48,026 nucleotides of DNA from an uncultured Bacteroidaceae bacterium (GCA_964428945.1 CAYSAH010000001.1:1-48026); one strand, 5' to 3'; counted from the stretch's first letter, positions 37,079-47,129 are shown. Translations and numbers: made by a program. The notes: generated from the sequence alone by a model not told the origin.

Positions 37079-37522
37079 ATGAAAAAAATTATTTGCCCCA
37101 TATCCACTGAAAAAGTGAATGAAAATGTTGTAAGGATAACGGCCTCCTGGGTGGTATTGTTAAGCGTTATCTTTATTGCCATTCCCAATTCATTTATCCC
37201 TATTTACCTGATGCTTGATTTTTACATCCGGGCATTTACTAAATTAAAATACAGTCCATTAAGTTGGATTTCAGCAGGTATTTCAAGGGGACTTAAACTT
37301 ACACCTGGTTTTATTGACAGGGCTCCAAAAATATTTGCTGCACGGATAGGGCTTCTTTTTTCGATCATGATGTTTGCAATGAGTACTTTCGGATTCATCG
37401 TGCCTGCAGAGACTATTGCCGGAGTGCTTGTATTGTTTGCCTTTCTTGAATGCGGGTTAAACTTTTGTGCCGGTTGCTGGGTTTATACCTATATTGTAAT
37501 TCCTTTGTACAGGGATAAATAA
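37079..37522 (+). CDS. DUF4395-like small membrane protein
   Basis: 147-aa ORF with three to four hydrophobic segments and the C-terminal LECGLNFCAGCW motif I associate with DUF4395. Recalled resemblance only. Confidence 0.5.
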   Translation: MKKIICPISTEKVNENVVRITASWVVLLSVIFIAIPNSFIPIYLMLDFYIRAFTKLKYSPLSWISAGISRGLKLTPGFIDRAPKIFAARIGLLFSIMMFAMSTFGFIVPAETIAGVLVLFAFLECGLNFCAGCWVYTYIVIPLYRDK

Positions 37523-37529
37523 TACAGGC

Positions 37530-37946
37530 ATGTTTAAAAAGAAATACATTTTAATTTCCTTCTTACTCTTCTTTATGGTCTTGGTTACAGGTCAAACAAA
37601 GTATTCAGAAAAGGATACCCTGGTAGTACTCTGGACCAGCGGTGATCGCGATGTCGCAGAAAAGTCATGCCTGATGTACACGCATGCTGCAAAAAGGAAT
37701 AAATGGTTCGATGAAGTGATTCTTATCATTTGGGGTCCTTCGGCAAGGCTGGCTGTAGAGGATACTGCTATAAGGAATAAGATCATTCAGATGCAAAAAG
37801 ATGGTGTGACCATTGAAGCTTGCATTGCATGCAGTGATATGCTGGGGCTAAGCAATGATCTGCTTGAGCTGGGTGTTGATGTAAAAGGTATGGGTCCCTC
37901 ACTTACAGAATACCTGAAGAAAGATTACAAAATACTTACCTACTGA
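37530..37946 (+). CDS. DsrE/DsrF-like family protein with signal peptide
   Basis: 138-aa ORF 8 nt downstream of the DUF4395-like gene. LVVLWTSGDRDVAEK...IIWGPSARL...EACIACSDMLG resembles DsrE-fold proteins. Ends in TGA (37944-37946). Confidence 0.5.
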   Translation: MFKKKYILISFLLFFMVLVTGQTKYSEKDTLVVLWTSGDRDVAEKSCLMYTHAAKRNKWFDEVILIIWGPSARLAVEDTAIRNKIIQMQKDGVTIEACIACSDMLGLSNDLLELGVDVKGMGPSLTEYLKKDYKILTY

Positions 37947-38065
37947 TCAGACGTTTACCGGGAATCCTGGTCCCCGGAGACATTATTTCAACTTCCTTCC
38001 TCATGACATAATGTCCTGCTCCTTCACGTGGCTTGATATTTGGGGCAATTTCGTAAATTGCATGG

Positions 38066-40291
38066 ATGATCAACGTTAAAAAAATAAACAGCAGGTATAA
38101 TCAACTCACCACCTTGATTCACGCCAGGAAAATTAAGGATGCACTTGATATACTTAAAGAACTTATATCTGAATCGGGCTTCAGTGATTTTTTTGTTCAA
38201 CAGGAGCACCTGGAATCGACTTACGAGCAAATGCTTAAATACACACTTGAGGGAATTCACGACCCCGAGAGGGATAAGATATATTTAAAACTTCAGAAAT
38301 CAATTGTTGAACTTGCAGATAAGGTCAGGATAGCCTTGCTTAAAAAATATTCGGGATGGCATACAATTACCTTGCAGGAAGAGCTTGAGAAAAAACAGAA
38401 ACTTACAGGGAAAGGTGTAATAGAAAGCCTGGACGACCTTGCTTTCAGGGTAGAACTGGATGATATTATTAACGAAGATAAGACATCACCTTCATCAAGT
38501 GATCTGAACCGGCGAAGTTTGATAATGGAAATCTTCAAACACTTATGGCTGACCGATAAATACGGGGAAGCAGAGAACGACCTTTCCAAAACCATGATTA
38601 CCTGCCGGGATTTCACATGGTATGAACAATCCCTGCAGATAAGCGGCATCCTCCTCTCTTCCCTTCGTTATTTCGACGAAGAAAAGATTCACAGGATAAT
38701 TGATTTTATTGATTCAAAAGATCACCAGGTTTCAGGAAGAGCATTGGTAAGCCTTATTATATTGCTTTATACCTATGATCAACGGCTCTATCTTTATCCT
38801 TCTGTCCTCAAAAGAGTTGAGCTACTCAAGGATTCCATTGACCTGGATGTTGTATTGGAACAGTTGGTTTTACAGCTTATCAGGACCGAAGACACATTGG
38901 AAATCGGCAAGAAATTGCATGAGGATATTATTCCTGAAATGGCCAAATTAAGACCGAAGCTGGAGGATAAGCTGAAAATGGAAGACCTTAAGGAAGAAGA
39001 CAGCCAGGATGATAAAAATCCTGATTGGGAAAGCGTCTTTAAAGAATCAGATGAACTTTATAAAAAGGTCGATGAGTTTATGAAACTCCAGATGGAAGGC
39101 GCAGATGTTTACATGACTACCTTTGCACAGTTGAAGAGTTTTCCTTTTTTTCGGGAACTTACAAATTGGATAGTACCATTTTATGAAGAGAATCCGGACC
39201 TGACAGAAGTTTATAAACAGGAATCTGAATCATTTAATCCTGAACTTTTTATTTCCGGTCTTAAAAAAATGCCTTTTTTGTGCAATTCAGATAAGTACAG
39301 TTTTATTTTCAATGTGAAGTATTTGCCGAACGAACAGAAGGCTATGCTTTCAACGGCCTTTTCCATGGAGATAGAAAGCTTGTCTCAAATGATCTCCGAT
39401 GAAGAGCTGATGGACGAAAAATTCGCTCGCAGGATCGTATTTGTTCAATACATCCAGGACCTTTACAGGTTCTTTAAGCTATCGCCCTTTAAAAATGAAT
39501 TTGAAGATGTCTTCCATGGGAAACTTGAAATTTATAATTCCTATTTCTTCAGGCGCCTGATAGACAACAGGAAGATATTTAGAAATATTGCAGAGTATTT
39601 CTTTGAAAAAGGGCACTCAGAGGAAGCATTGGACATATTTAAAATGGAGCTGAATGAGACACCGGGCGATATAGAATTAATGGAAAAGGCCGGCTACTGT
39701 CACCAGCAAATGGCCCAATATAACGAAGCGTTGGATTATTACAGGGAAATAGAGCTCCTGGGCAAACCGGGGAACTGGGTGCTGAGAAATATGGGTTTCT
39801 GCTACAGGAAGATAGAGGATTATAAAAGTGCTCTTAAAATCTATCTTGAAGCTTCCGAGGATAATCATGAGGATATCAGGAATGAATCACTGATCGGGTA
39901 TTGTAATTTGAAGCTTCAACAGTACGAAACTGCGCTTAAGCACTATTTCAAGATCGAATATCTAAGTCCAGGAAACACAAATGTGATACGGCCAATTGCC
40001 TGGTGTTATTTTGCCTTGGGCGATTATGAAAAATCGGCCAAATATTATAAAAAAGTTTTTGATATAGGACCCGATTACTATGATTATATAAACTACGGTC
40101 ATTTAAATTGGGCTACAGGAGACAGAAAATCGGCCATCGACAACTACATCCTGTCAACAACTTATAAGAACTTCAATTTTAGTTCCCTGCAAAAAATTAT
40201 TGAGGAAGACACTTCAGTACTACTGCTTAGGGGTATTGAATTGGAAGAGATTTCACTGATGATGGATTACCTGAGGTATCGGTTGAAGTAG
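38066..40291 (+). CDS. Tetratricopeptide-repeat protein; the N-terminal ~500 aa has no family I recognise
   Basis: 741-aa ORF. The C-terminal ~230 aa shows repeated TPR-like A..YY.KA/Y patterns (AQYNEALDYYREI, YKSALKIYLEA, YETALKHYFKI, YEKSAKYYKKV, SAIDNYILS). No signal peptide or TM segment. Confidence 0.7.
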   Translation: MINVKKINSRYNQLTTLIHARKIKDALDILKELISESGFSDFFVQQEHLESTYEQMLKYTLEGIHDPERDKIYLKLQKSIVELADKVRIALLKKYSGWHTITLQEELEKKQKLTGKGVIESLDDLAFRVELDDIINEDKTSPSSSDLNRRSLIMEIFKHLWLTDKYGEAENDLSKTMITCRDFTWYEQSLQISGILLSSLRYFDEEKIHRIIDFIDSKDHQVSGRALVSLIILLYTYDQRLYLYPSVLKRVELLKDSIDLDVVLEQLVLQLIRTEDTLEIGKKLHEDIIPEMAKLRPKLEDKLKMEDLKEEDSQDDKNPDWESVFKESDELYKKVDEFMKLQMEGADVYMTTFAQLKSFPFFRELTNWIVPFYEENPDLTEVYKQESESFNPELFISGLKKMPFLCNSDKYSFIFNVKYLPNEQKAMLSTAFSMEIESLSQMISDEELMDEKFARRIVFVQYIQDLYRFFKLSPFKNEFEDVFHGKLEIYNSYFFRRLIDNRKIFRNIAEYFFEKGHSEEALDIFKMELNETPGDIELMEKAGYCHQQMAQYNEALDYYREIELLGKPGNWVLRNMGFCYRKIEDYKSALKIYLEASEDNHEDIRNESLIGYCNLKLQQYETALKHYFKIEYLSPGNTNVIRPIAWCYFALGDYEKSAKYYKKVFDIGPDYYDYINYGHLNWATGDRKSAIDNYILSTTYKNFNFSSLQKIIEEDTSVLLLRGIELEEISLMMDYLRYRLK

Positions 40292-40295
40292 GGAC

Positions 40296-40386
40296 AAAAA
40301 AAAGCGGTCCGATTTCTAATGTTGAAGAAAAAAAGCCATGGAATTCAACCCGTCTCTATGAGAATGGTATTTGAAGATCGGACCGC
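40296..40386 (-). terminator. Structured element between convergent genes: 10-bp stem (GCGGTCCGAT/ATCGGACCGC) with a 63-nt loop; on the minus strand it is followed by a U8 run
   Basis: Arms at 40304-40313 and 40377-40386 are exact complements. An inner 6-bp stem pairs GTTGAA (40321-40326) with TTCAAC (40344-40349). The A8 run at 40296-40303 reads as T8 after the stem on the minus strand (deoC side). Confidence 0.35.
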
Positions 40387-40476
40387 CTAAGGGTCATAGA
40401 ATTCTAAAAAGAATTCTAAATATTTTTAAGAACGTTTGTCTCTATGAACAAATGTAAAAAAAGGAATCGACAATAA

Positions 40477-41352
40477 CTAATTGAAGTAGGAAAAACTGTC
40501 ATCTTTTTTATAAATTTTCCTGATTAGATTGTTGGCTAAGCGGCTGGCTCCAATCCTGAATTTTTCTGAATTCAGCCAGTCTTTCCCCAGAATATGTCTT
40601 ACTATTCCATAGTATTGGTAGGCCGCTTCAATTGTTGAGATACCTCCTGCCGGCTTTAAACCAACCTTTTTCCCGGTTTTCTGATAAAAATCCTTAACGG
40701 CAAGGCACATGACTGCAAAAGCTTCCGGGCTCGCTCCGGCATTTGCTTTACCGGTTGAAGTTTTAATAAAATCGGCACCCGCATCCATTGCAAGTAAAGA
40801 GGCTTTCCTAACCTCGGTAAGATCAGCCAAAGAAGCTGTTTCCAGAATAACCTTTAGGTGAAGAGAGCCAAGATGATCCTTTATTAATTTAATCTCTTCG
40901 AATACCTCTTCGTATAGTCCAAGTTGAAACTTGCCGACTGAGATCACTATGTCAATTTCATCGGCTCCGGCCTCAATTGCCATATCAATTTCTTTGATTT
41001 TGACTTCCAGGAATGTCTGTGAGGAAGGAAATCCTGCTCCCACAGAGGCTATATTAATCAGAGGATTTCCAAGTTTGGCCCTTACAATGGGCACAAGTTC
41101 AGGGTATATACATATGGCTGCAGGGGAAGGCAGACCAGGATAGCTCTCGGATAAAAGGTTTAATTGATCACACATTTTTCCAATATTCTCAGCATTATCT
41201 TTTTCACTGAGAGAGGTCAGATCGAGAATACTAAATAGCAATGATAAGGTCTCTGCATCCGGAGTCTTTGAGTAAGAAGCAGTGCATTGCTGCAATAGTT
41301 CAGCTAGGGATTCCGGGTCAACTGCATATTTAAATTCCTGGAAATGTTTCAT
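40477..41352 (-). CDS. deoC: Deoxyribose-phosphate aldolase
   Basis: 291-aa ORF. DeoC-type TIM barrel with Schiff-base lysine context GADFIKTSTGK and LKPAGGIST. Confidence 0.85.
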   Translation of the reverse strand: MKHFQEFKYAVDPESLAELLQQCTASYSKTPDAETLSLLFSILDLTSLSEKDNAENIGKMCDQLNLLSESYPGLPSPAAICIYPELVPIVRAKLGNPLINIASVGAGFPSSQTFLEVKIKEIDMAIEAGADEIDIVISVGKFQLGLYEEVFEEIKLIKDHLGSLHLKVILETASLADLTEVRKASLLAMDAGADFIKTSTGKANAGASPEAFAVMCLAVKDFYQKTGKKVGLKPAGGISTIEAAYQYYGIVRHILGKDWLNSEKFRIGASRLANNLIRKIYKKDDSFSYFN

Positions 41353-41360
41353 TGGGATGA

Positions 41361-41687
41361 TTATTTCAGTTTATCGTTGGAATGATGCCGGCTTGCATCC
41401 CGGCTGGTTTTTTTTTCTAAGTTCTTGATCATTGCTTCTTCCAGATCAATTCCTGTCTGGTTGGCAATACAAATTAACACAAACAAAACATCTGCAATTT
41501 CATCACTGAGCAAATTTTCCGGGTCACCATTCTTAATTGATTGTTCACCATATTTCCTGGCCATGATCCGTGCCAGCTCACCAACCTCTTCTGTAAGCAA
41601 GGCAAGATTTGTGAGTTCATTAAAATACCTTACTCCATATTTTTTGATCCATTGATCAACCAGTTCCTGGCTTTCCCTGATCGTCAT
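41361..41687 (-). CDS. MazG-like nucleotide pyrophosphohydrolase (small single-domain type)
   Basis: 108-aa ORF. EEVGELARI ... DEIADVLFVLICIAN matches the MazG EExxE...DxxD helix pair. Confidence 0.8.
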   Translation of the reverse strand: MTIRESQELVDQWIKKYGVRYFNELTNLALLTEEVGELARIMARKYGEQSIKNGDPENLLSDEIADVLFVLICIANQTGIDLEEAMIKNLEKKTSRDASRHHSNDKLK

Positions 41688-41776
41688 ACAATCATTTTTT
41701 AATTAAGGTGCAAATTACCAACTTTCCATTTTTCCTTGATGTTGTTGCAAAGTTACAATTCAATACGTCAATGCTC

Positions 41777-42229
41777 CTATTCTTTGTTTTTTGTATCAAT
41801 AAAAATTGTCACCGGACCGTCATTTAACAATTCAATATCCATATGCGCCCCAAATTCACCAGTAACAATTTCTTTATTTACCTGGTTTTTTAATAAATTA
41901 ACGAATTCACGGTATAGAGGTTCAGCGATTACAGGGTCGGCTGCCCTGATCCAGGAAGGCCGGTTTCCTTTTTTCGTACTGGCATGAAGGGTGAACTGAC
42001 TTACAAGCATTATCTCTCCGTCAATATCACGGATCGAAAGGTTCATTTTACCGTCTGCATCATCAAAGATCCTTAGCCGTGTTATCTTGCCTGTAAGCCA
42101 TTCTGTATCTTCTTTTGTATCAGCCTCCTCAATCCCCAGGAGAACAACTATACCTTTTTCAATAGTTCGCTTAATAATCTGATCGATCACGATACTGGCA
42201 TATTGGACACGTTGTAAAACAGCTCTCAT
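41777..42229 (-). CDS. dtd: D-aminoacyl-tRNA deacylase
   Basis: Track ORF 41777..42244. Canonical start MRAVLQRV at 42229. SQFTL and NDGPVT motifs present; about 150 aa. Confidence 0.9.
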   Translation of the reverse strand: MRAVLQRVQYASIVIDQIIKRTIEKGIVVLLGIEEADTKEDTEWLTGKITRLRIFDDADGKMNLSIRDIDGEIMLVSQFTLHASTKKGNRPSWIRAADPVIAEPLYREFVNLLKNQVNKEIVTGEFGAHMDIELLNDGPVTIFIDTKNKE

Positions 42230-42288
42230 ATAGGAAAAGTACAAAATTTTCCTTTAATCTTTCAAGAAATATGCCAACAGCCGGAATT

Positions 42289-43458
42289 TTAAAAACTATA
42301 CTTTATCCGCCCATACCCGATATATGTATTTTGGCGCGAGGTGTTGCCAGCCGGATCTTCAAGTTCAGCTGAGAAACCCTGGAAAATGAGAGAGGCTTTT
42401 AGGTTGTTGTTAATCGAAAAGTCAAAGGAGGGTCCGAGATAAAAGCCTTTCCAATCCGGATAATACATACCTGCAAAAGAAGCGTTGATCAATGGTGTGA
42501 GAGGATAAGATAGACTGCCAAACCATGACCATTCCGTAAAACCGATAGTTTTCACATTCATTCCGGAACTGAATATTTGCAGAAAGTTATAAATCTTTAG
42601 GTCCTTTGCAAATCCTGAATACAGGATTTCTCCCTGGAGCCAGAGAGAGTTTCCAAAGGTATAGTCCAGGCCAAGTGAGGCAAGAAGGTCTCCCGAAGTA
42701 TCCGCAAAACTCTCAAGATCCCGGAAATAGCTCAGTTCCCCTCTGAAGGATATCGAAGATAGATTTCCGCTCCATCCCGCACCAAGGACCATGTCATCTT
42801 CCGAAAGTATACCTCCGATGATCTGAAAATCATATCCCAGGGTGTTGAACCGGAAATATCCCGCAGCACTTACCCGGTTTGCACTGTCGATCTTTGCTAC
42901 CAATTCTAAATTCGAAGCCATTCCAGTATAATACTGCAACCTTATGGCATCACTTCCGGGCCTCTCAGGGTAATCAACATCAAAGTATGAATAGGAATTA
43001 AATATGTCATTCGGGTTCCAGACAAAGGTTTGGCCCCAGTTGATCCTTTGTCGTCCGATGGTGCCTACAAAATCTCCAAAAGAAAATTCTGCATATGCCC
43101 TGTCAAGCCTGGTTGTGAAAACATAAGCCACATTTTCATTGTATTCTCCATCCATCGCACAGCTAAGGTCGATCCATCCCGCATCTTTGCCGAGCATCTT
43201 TCCATATCCGGGGATTTTTGAATATGAATTTCCCTGCAGGAAACGGGTCCTTCCCTGGACCGAAAATTTCAGCCAGTCGTTAGGATAATAGTTTATGTTC
43301 AGCCTGTTATGAACCTGGTTTTCCCACAACCAGCCAATATCTTCTACATGATAAACGGTTTGCATGTCATTCAAATATCCGTCCAGTGTGAGTTTATCCT
43401 GGGCGAATCCTGAATAATTTATTGAAACTATTGCCAGGTATAGAAATATTTTTTTCAT
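42289..43458 (-). CDS. Putative outer-membrane beta-barrel protein (porin-like; family not recognised)
   Basis: Track ORF 42289..43500. Preferred start is at 43458 (MKKIFLYLAIVSINYSGFAQ signal peptide). Alternating aromatic/hydrophobic strand pattern throughout; C-terminal ...YGRIKYSF with terminal Phe. Confidence 0.55.
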   Translation of the reverse strand: MKKIFLYLAIVSINYSGFAQDKLTLDGYLNDMQTVYHVEDIGWLWENQVHNRLNINYYPNDWLKFSVQGRTRFLQGNSYSKIPGYGKMLGKDAGWIDLSCAMDGEYNENVAYVFTTRLDRAYAEFSFGDFVGTIGRQRINWGQTFVWNPNDIFNSYSYFDVDYPERPGSDAIRLQYYTGMASNLELVAKIDSANRVSAAGYFRFNTLGYDFQIIGGILSEDDMVLGAGWSGNLSSISFRGELSYFRDLESFADTSGDLLASLGLDYTFGNSLWLQGEILYSGFAKDLKIYNFLQIFSSGMNVKTIGFTEWSWFGSLSYPLTPLINASFAGMYYPDWKGFYLGPSFDFSINNNLKASLIFQGFSAELEDPAGNTSRQNTYIGYGRIKYSF

Positions 43459-43568
43459 TCCTACATCCTTAATCGAACGATTAATCCTGGTTTTTTTCAT
43501 ACAGAAACCATGATTTATAATTGATTTTTTTCATCTCAAAATCTAGAAACATACTGGTATTATCTTTC

Positions 43569-44255
43569 TCAGGACTTCCTTTTATCGCTTATCACTTTCC
43601 CGTCTTCGATCGTGATAACCCGCCTGGCTTTTTTCATTACCCTCGCATCGTGAGTCGAGAAAATAAAAGTGATATTTTCTTCTTTGTTCAATTGTTCCAT
43701 AATATCCAGTAATGTTTCGGTTGATTTTGAATCAAGGTTTGCAGTGGGTTCATCTGCAAGAATAAATTTAGGCTTGGAAGCAAGCGCCCTCGCTACTGCG
43801 ACCCTTTGCTGTTGACCCCCTGACAGTTTTGAGGGCCGGCTGTTGATCCTGTCTGCAAGGCCAACAGCAGTCAACAACTCCTTTGTTCTTTCCTGCCGTT
43901 CCTTCCGGGGCCTTTTCTGAAGGTTCATTATGAATTCAACATTTTCTGAGGCAGTAAGTACAGGGATAAGATTGTATGATTGAAAAACGAAGCCAATATT
44001 CTTCATTCTGAAATCTATCAACTGGGAAGATTTCAATGTTGACAGGTCTGTATCATTCACAAGGATCTTCCCGTCCGTTGGCTTGTCCAATCCTCCGATC
44101 ATATTTAAAAGTGTTGTTTTTCCTGAACCCGAAGGTCCGACAATAGCTGCAAATTCGCCTTCTTCAAAGTCAATTGAAACACCATTTACTGCATGAACCT
44201 TGATCTCGGAGCTGTTATAGATTTTATGTACATTTTTTAATTCCAGGACTTTCAT
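43569..44255 (-). CDS. ABC transporter ATP-binding protein (LolD/MacB-ATPase-like)
   Basis: 228-aa ORF. Walker A GPSGSGKTT, signature LSGGQQQRVAVARAL, Walker B FILADEPT. Confidence 0.9.
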   Translation of the reverse strand: MKVLELKNVHKIYNSSEIKVHAVNGVSIDFEEGEFAAIVGPSGSGKTTLLNMIGGLDKPTDGKILVNDTDLSTLKSSQLIDFRMKNIGFVFQSYNLIPVLTASENVEFIMNLQKRPRKERQERTKELLTAVGLADRINSRPSKLSGGQQQRVAVARALASKPKFILADEPTANLDSKSTETLLDIMEQLNKEENITFIFSTHDARVMKKARRVITIEDGKVISDKRKS

Positions 44256-44275
44256 GATACTATTTTTTATAATTT

Positions 44276-45703
44276 TTATTCTGTTCTAAGTGCCTCAGCA
44301 GGGTCTAATTTTAAAGCTTTCAAAGCCGGGTAAATTGAGGATAAGATTCCGGTTATAATGATAAGGACTGTAACTGTAATAAAGAAGGAATTTGAAATTG
44401 AAGGATATATGTGGGAAGAGAATCCCATGGCTTCAAACCCATCAGCTGCCCCCGAGAAATTTATTCCCCTTTTTGCAGTCAGCAGCAGAAGTATTTTGCT
44501 CACTATCATTCCCAGAACTCCTCCAACAAGTGAAAGGAATACTGATTCTGACATGATCATCGTGAACACCCTCTTCTTGTTCATTCCGATGGCAGTAAGC
44601 ATCCCAAGTTCTTTTGTCCGCTCCAGCACTACCATGAGCATTGTATTTATAATGCCAAAAGAGAGGGCCGCAAGAATAATCACCATAAATACAGCGTGGA
44701 ATTTCTCGATCATTGCTGTCATCATTGCCAGGTCAGGAGAAATCTCTTTCCAGTTCTGAACCTCGAGCTCAGGAAAATCATCCTTTAGAATCTCAGTTAT
44801 CTTATTGGTATTATCCCTGTCACTGATCCTTACCAGCGTGATATGAAAATCATTCTCGTTCAGCCCGGTAAGGCGCTGAAGATCAGAATTCAGTATAAAC
44901 ACCTGTGATTTCTCGAACATGCTGTTCGCTACATCGTAAATACCTGCAATGCGAAACATTCCCCCGGTCTGGATATTGTCTTTATCCAGGAAACTTAGAG
45001 TCAGTTTTGATCTTTCCCTGAAGGACCAGGCTTCTTCGACAATCAGCTTACCGTAACGTGTGGATTCTTTCAAGGTCAGGACAGCTTTCAGGGCTTTTAA
45101 AAAGGCTTTCTGACTTGGAAAACGTTTGTCGGTAAAGGGTTCAAGTTTGTTTATTGTTTCAGCTGGAAGCCCTAGTTTACTAAGATCTTCTATGGTCTCC
45201 GGGGCTATCCTGTATCGGATAATGTTTAACTCCTTGGCAAGATCCTCGCCGATATAGGCAAGGTTGCCCCTGCTCTCCTGGTCGAAATAGGAACCGGTTT
45301 CCGGAATAAGTTGCTGGTCAAGGTCGAGTACCTTCTTTTCCTGATCGGGATTCACTCCTACAAGCTGGACCCCAACACTCCTGGTTGCAGTATTTGCGAC
45401 AGCATTTATTATGACCCGGTTCGCAATAGCTTCAACCCCATCGGTTTTCTGAATATCCGAATTTATTCTCTTAATATCATCCAGGCTTAATTGAATTTCA
45501 TAATTATCCCTGAAATTTTTCCTGTTGATCTGGATGTGTGAAATCTCCTGATTAAGCGCTGCATCAACACGCTGTTCCATTGTACCGTTCATTAATCCAA
45601 CAGCAAAGATCCCTGCAAAGATCCCGATGGTTACAGAGGCCATCACCACCAGACTTCGGGTCTTGTTGCGCCATACATTTTTCCAGGCAGTTAATAGTAT
45701 CAT
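44276..45703 (-). CDS. ABC transporter permease, FtsX family (LolC/LolE-like, single module)
   Basis: 475-aa ORF: TM1, large periplasmic domain, three C-terminal TMs. Ends ...PALKALKLDPAEALRTE, typical of FtsX/LolCE. Confidence 0.85.
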   Translation of the reverse strand: MILLTAWKNVWRNKTRSLVVMASVTIGIFAGIFAVGLMNGTMEQRVDAALNQEISHIQINRKNFRDNYEIQLSLDDIKRINSDIQKTDGVEAIANRVIINAVANTATRSVGVQLVGVNPDQEKKVLDLDQQLIPETGSYFDQESRGNLAYIGEDLAKELNIIRYRIAPETIEDLSKLGLPAETINKLEPFTDKRFPSQKAFLKALKAVLTLKESTRYGKLIVEEAWSFRERSKLTLSFLDKDNIQTGGMFRIAGIYDVANSMFEKSQVFILNSDLQRLTGLNENDFHITLVRISDRDNTNKITEILKDDFPELEVQNWKEISPDLAMMTAMIEKFHAVFMVIILAALSFGIINTMLMVVLERTKELGMLTAIGMNKKRVFTMIMSESVFLSLVGGVLGMIVSKILLLLTAKRGINFSGAADGFEAMGFSSHIYPSISNSFFITVTVLIIITGILSSIYPALKALKLDPAEALRTE

Positions 45704-45713
45704 ATCTTTTAAA

Positions 45714-47129
45714 TTAAGCTCTTAGAGCGGTTACAACTTTTAAATTCAATATTTTACGTAAGGGGTGGATCAGTGATACGAGAACCATAAACCCAACAAC
45801 AAAGGACTGCCAGAGAAAGTAATAACTTATTGGTTCAAAGACCAGCTTGGGTTCAAAATCATACTGTTCCATCATGTGTGCGAGTTCACCTTTAAATATG
45901 ATAGGATGGTGTACACCATAGAGGATAATCGGGATGCACACAATACTTCCCAGTAATACCCCGAGAAGTCCTATATAAAACATCTCGTAGCTAATTATTG
46001 AAGCAAGTTTCTTCTTTTGCATCCCGATAGCCACCAAAACACCGAATTCTCTTTTTCTTTCAGCGGTCATCATAAGTACCGTGCCGATAATTCCAAAAGC
46101 GATAACGATGTAAAGAATGCCGATCATGAACATGCCGCTTACATTGTCGGCTTCCATTTGCTGTATTATAACATCATTCATCTCTTTCCATTCGATAAGC
46201 CTCGTTCCCCCGGGAATATTTTCATCCAGGCGCTTCATTGTACTGGCAATTCCTTCATCGCTGTTATCTGCCAGGTGCAAGACCGCAGCAGTGAGATTAT
46301 TCCCAACATTGTACAGTTGTTGGGCAATATCATAGGGCATATAAACAATCCTTCCGCTGATCTCAGTAGCAGGGAGCTTAATTAATCCTTTGATCTCGTA
46401 TTTCCCTGCGGCTGTTGTTCCATGATAGCCCTGTCCCAATAATACGAGCGTGTCTCCAGGGGACAATTCAAGGTAAGAAGCAAGTTCATCGCCAAGCCAA
46501 ACCCCAGGTTGGCCTGGTTGTATCTGGCTGTGTGGAATCTGCGTGAATTCTTTTAAAAGGGGAAGATAAATTTCTGCCTCCTCGGGGTTGATCCCCAGGT
46601 CCAGGAGCATTCGATCTTCTTCGGAGTAGCAGGTACCTTCAAATAGAGAAACAAGATTCTTTGTTTTTTTCGAAAACATTTCATCCTCCATGATCTTCCC
46701 AATGGCCTCTGCAGTGAGTTTATATTTTACCACTTTATTACTGATATTTGATAAAAGCGATTCCTTTTCCGGATCAATTCCAAGAACCATTACCCCCTTC
46801 GTACTTGATCCTCCCGATGCAAGGGCGAATGATTCAATTCTAGGAATGATCTGTTCAATATTTTCATCATCGACCAGGGACAGCTCCATCTCTTTCGAAT
46901 ATTCAAAACTGTTGTCAATGGTTTTTTCATCCCACCAATTTTCTTGCTGAAGCTGAATATATCCACTGTATGATTCTATGACATTCTTATACATGTATGC
47001 ATAGGATCCCAGCTGAAGGGATCTCATAAACAAGGCAAAGAATACTGCAAAGAAGATCGATGCTGCAGTGATCATTGTTCTACGCCTGTTCCTCCATAAA
47101 TTCCTCCATGCCAGTTTGTAATTTTTCAT
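45714..47129 (-). CDS. ABC transporter permease, FtsX family (LolC/LolE-like, single module; paralogue of the downstream gene)
   Basis: 471-aa ORF with the same topology. N-terminal YKLAWRNLWRNRRRT; C-terminal ...ILNLKVVTALRA. Confidence 0.85.
   Translation of the reverse strand: MKNYKLAWRNLWRNRRRTMITAASIFFAVFFALFMRSLQLGSYAYMYKNVIESYSGYIQLQQENWWDEKTIDNSFEYSKEMELSLVDDENIEQIIPRIESFALASGGSSTKGVMVLGIDPEKESLLSNISNKVVKYKLTAEAIGKIMEDEMFSKKTKNLVSLFEGTCYSEEDRMLLDLGINPEEAEIYLPLLKEFTQIPHSQIQPGQPGVWLGDELASYLELSPGDTLVLLGQGYHGTTAAGKYEIKGLIKLPATEISGRIVYMPYDIAQQLYNVGNNLTAAVLHLADNSDEGIASTMKRLDENIPGGTRLIEWKEMNDVIIQQMEADNVSGMFMIGILYIVIAFGIIGTVLMMTAERKREFGVLVAIGMQKKKLASIISYEMFYIGLLGVLLGSIVCIPIILYGVHHPIIFKGELAHMMEQYDFEPKLVFEPISYYFLWQSFVVGFMVLVSLIHPLRKILNLKVVTALRA

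Noticed and set aside
36889-37188. 99-aa minus-strand ORF spanning the FtsX/DUF4395 intergenic region
   Set aside because: Overlaps the start of the plus-strand DUF4395-like gene and AT-rich promoter DNA. Hydrophobic low-complexity translation typical of AT-rich shadow frames.
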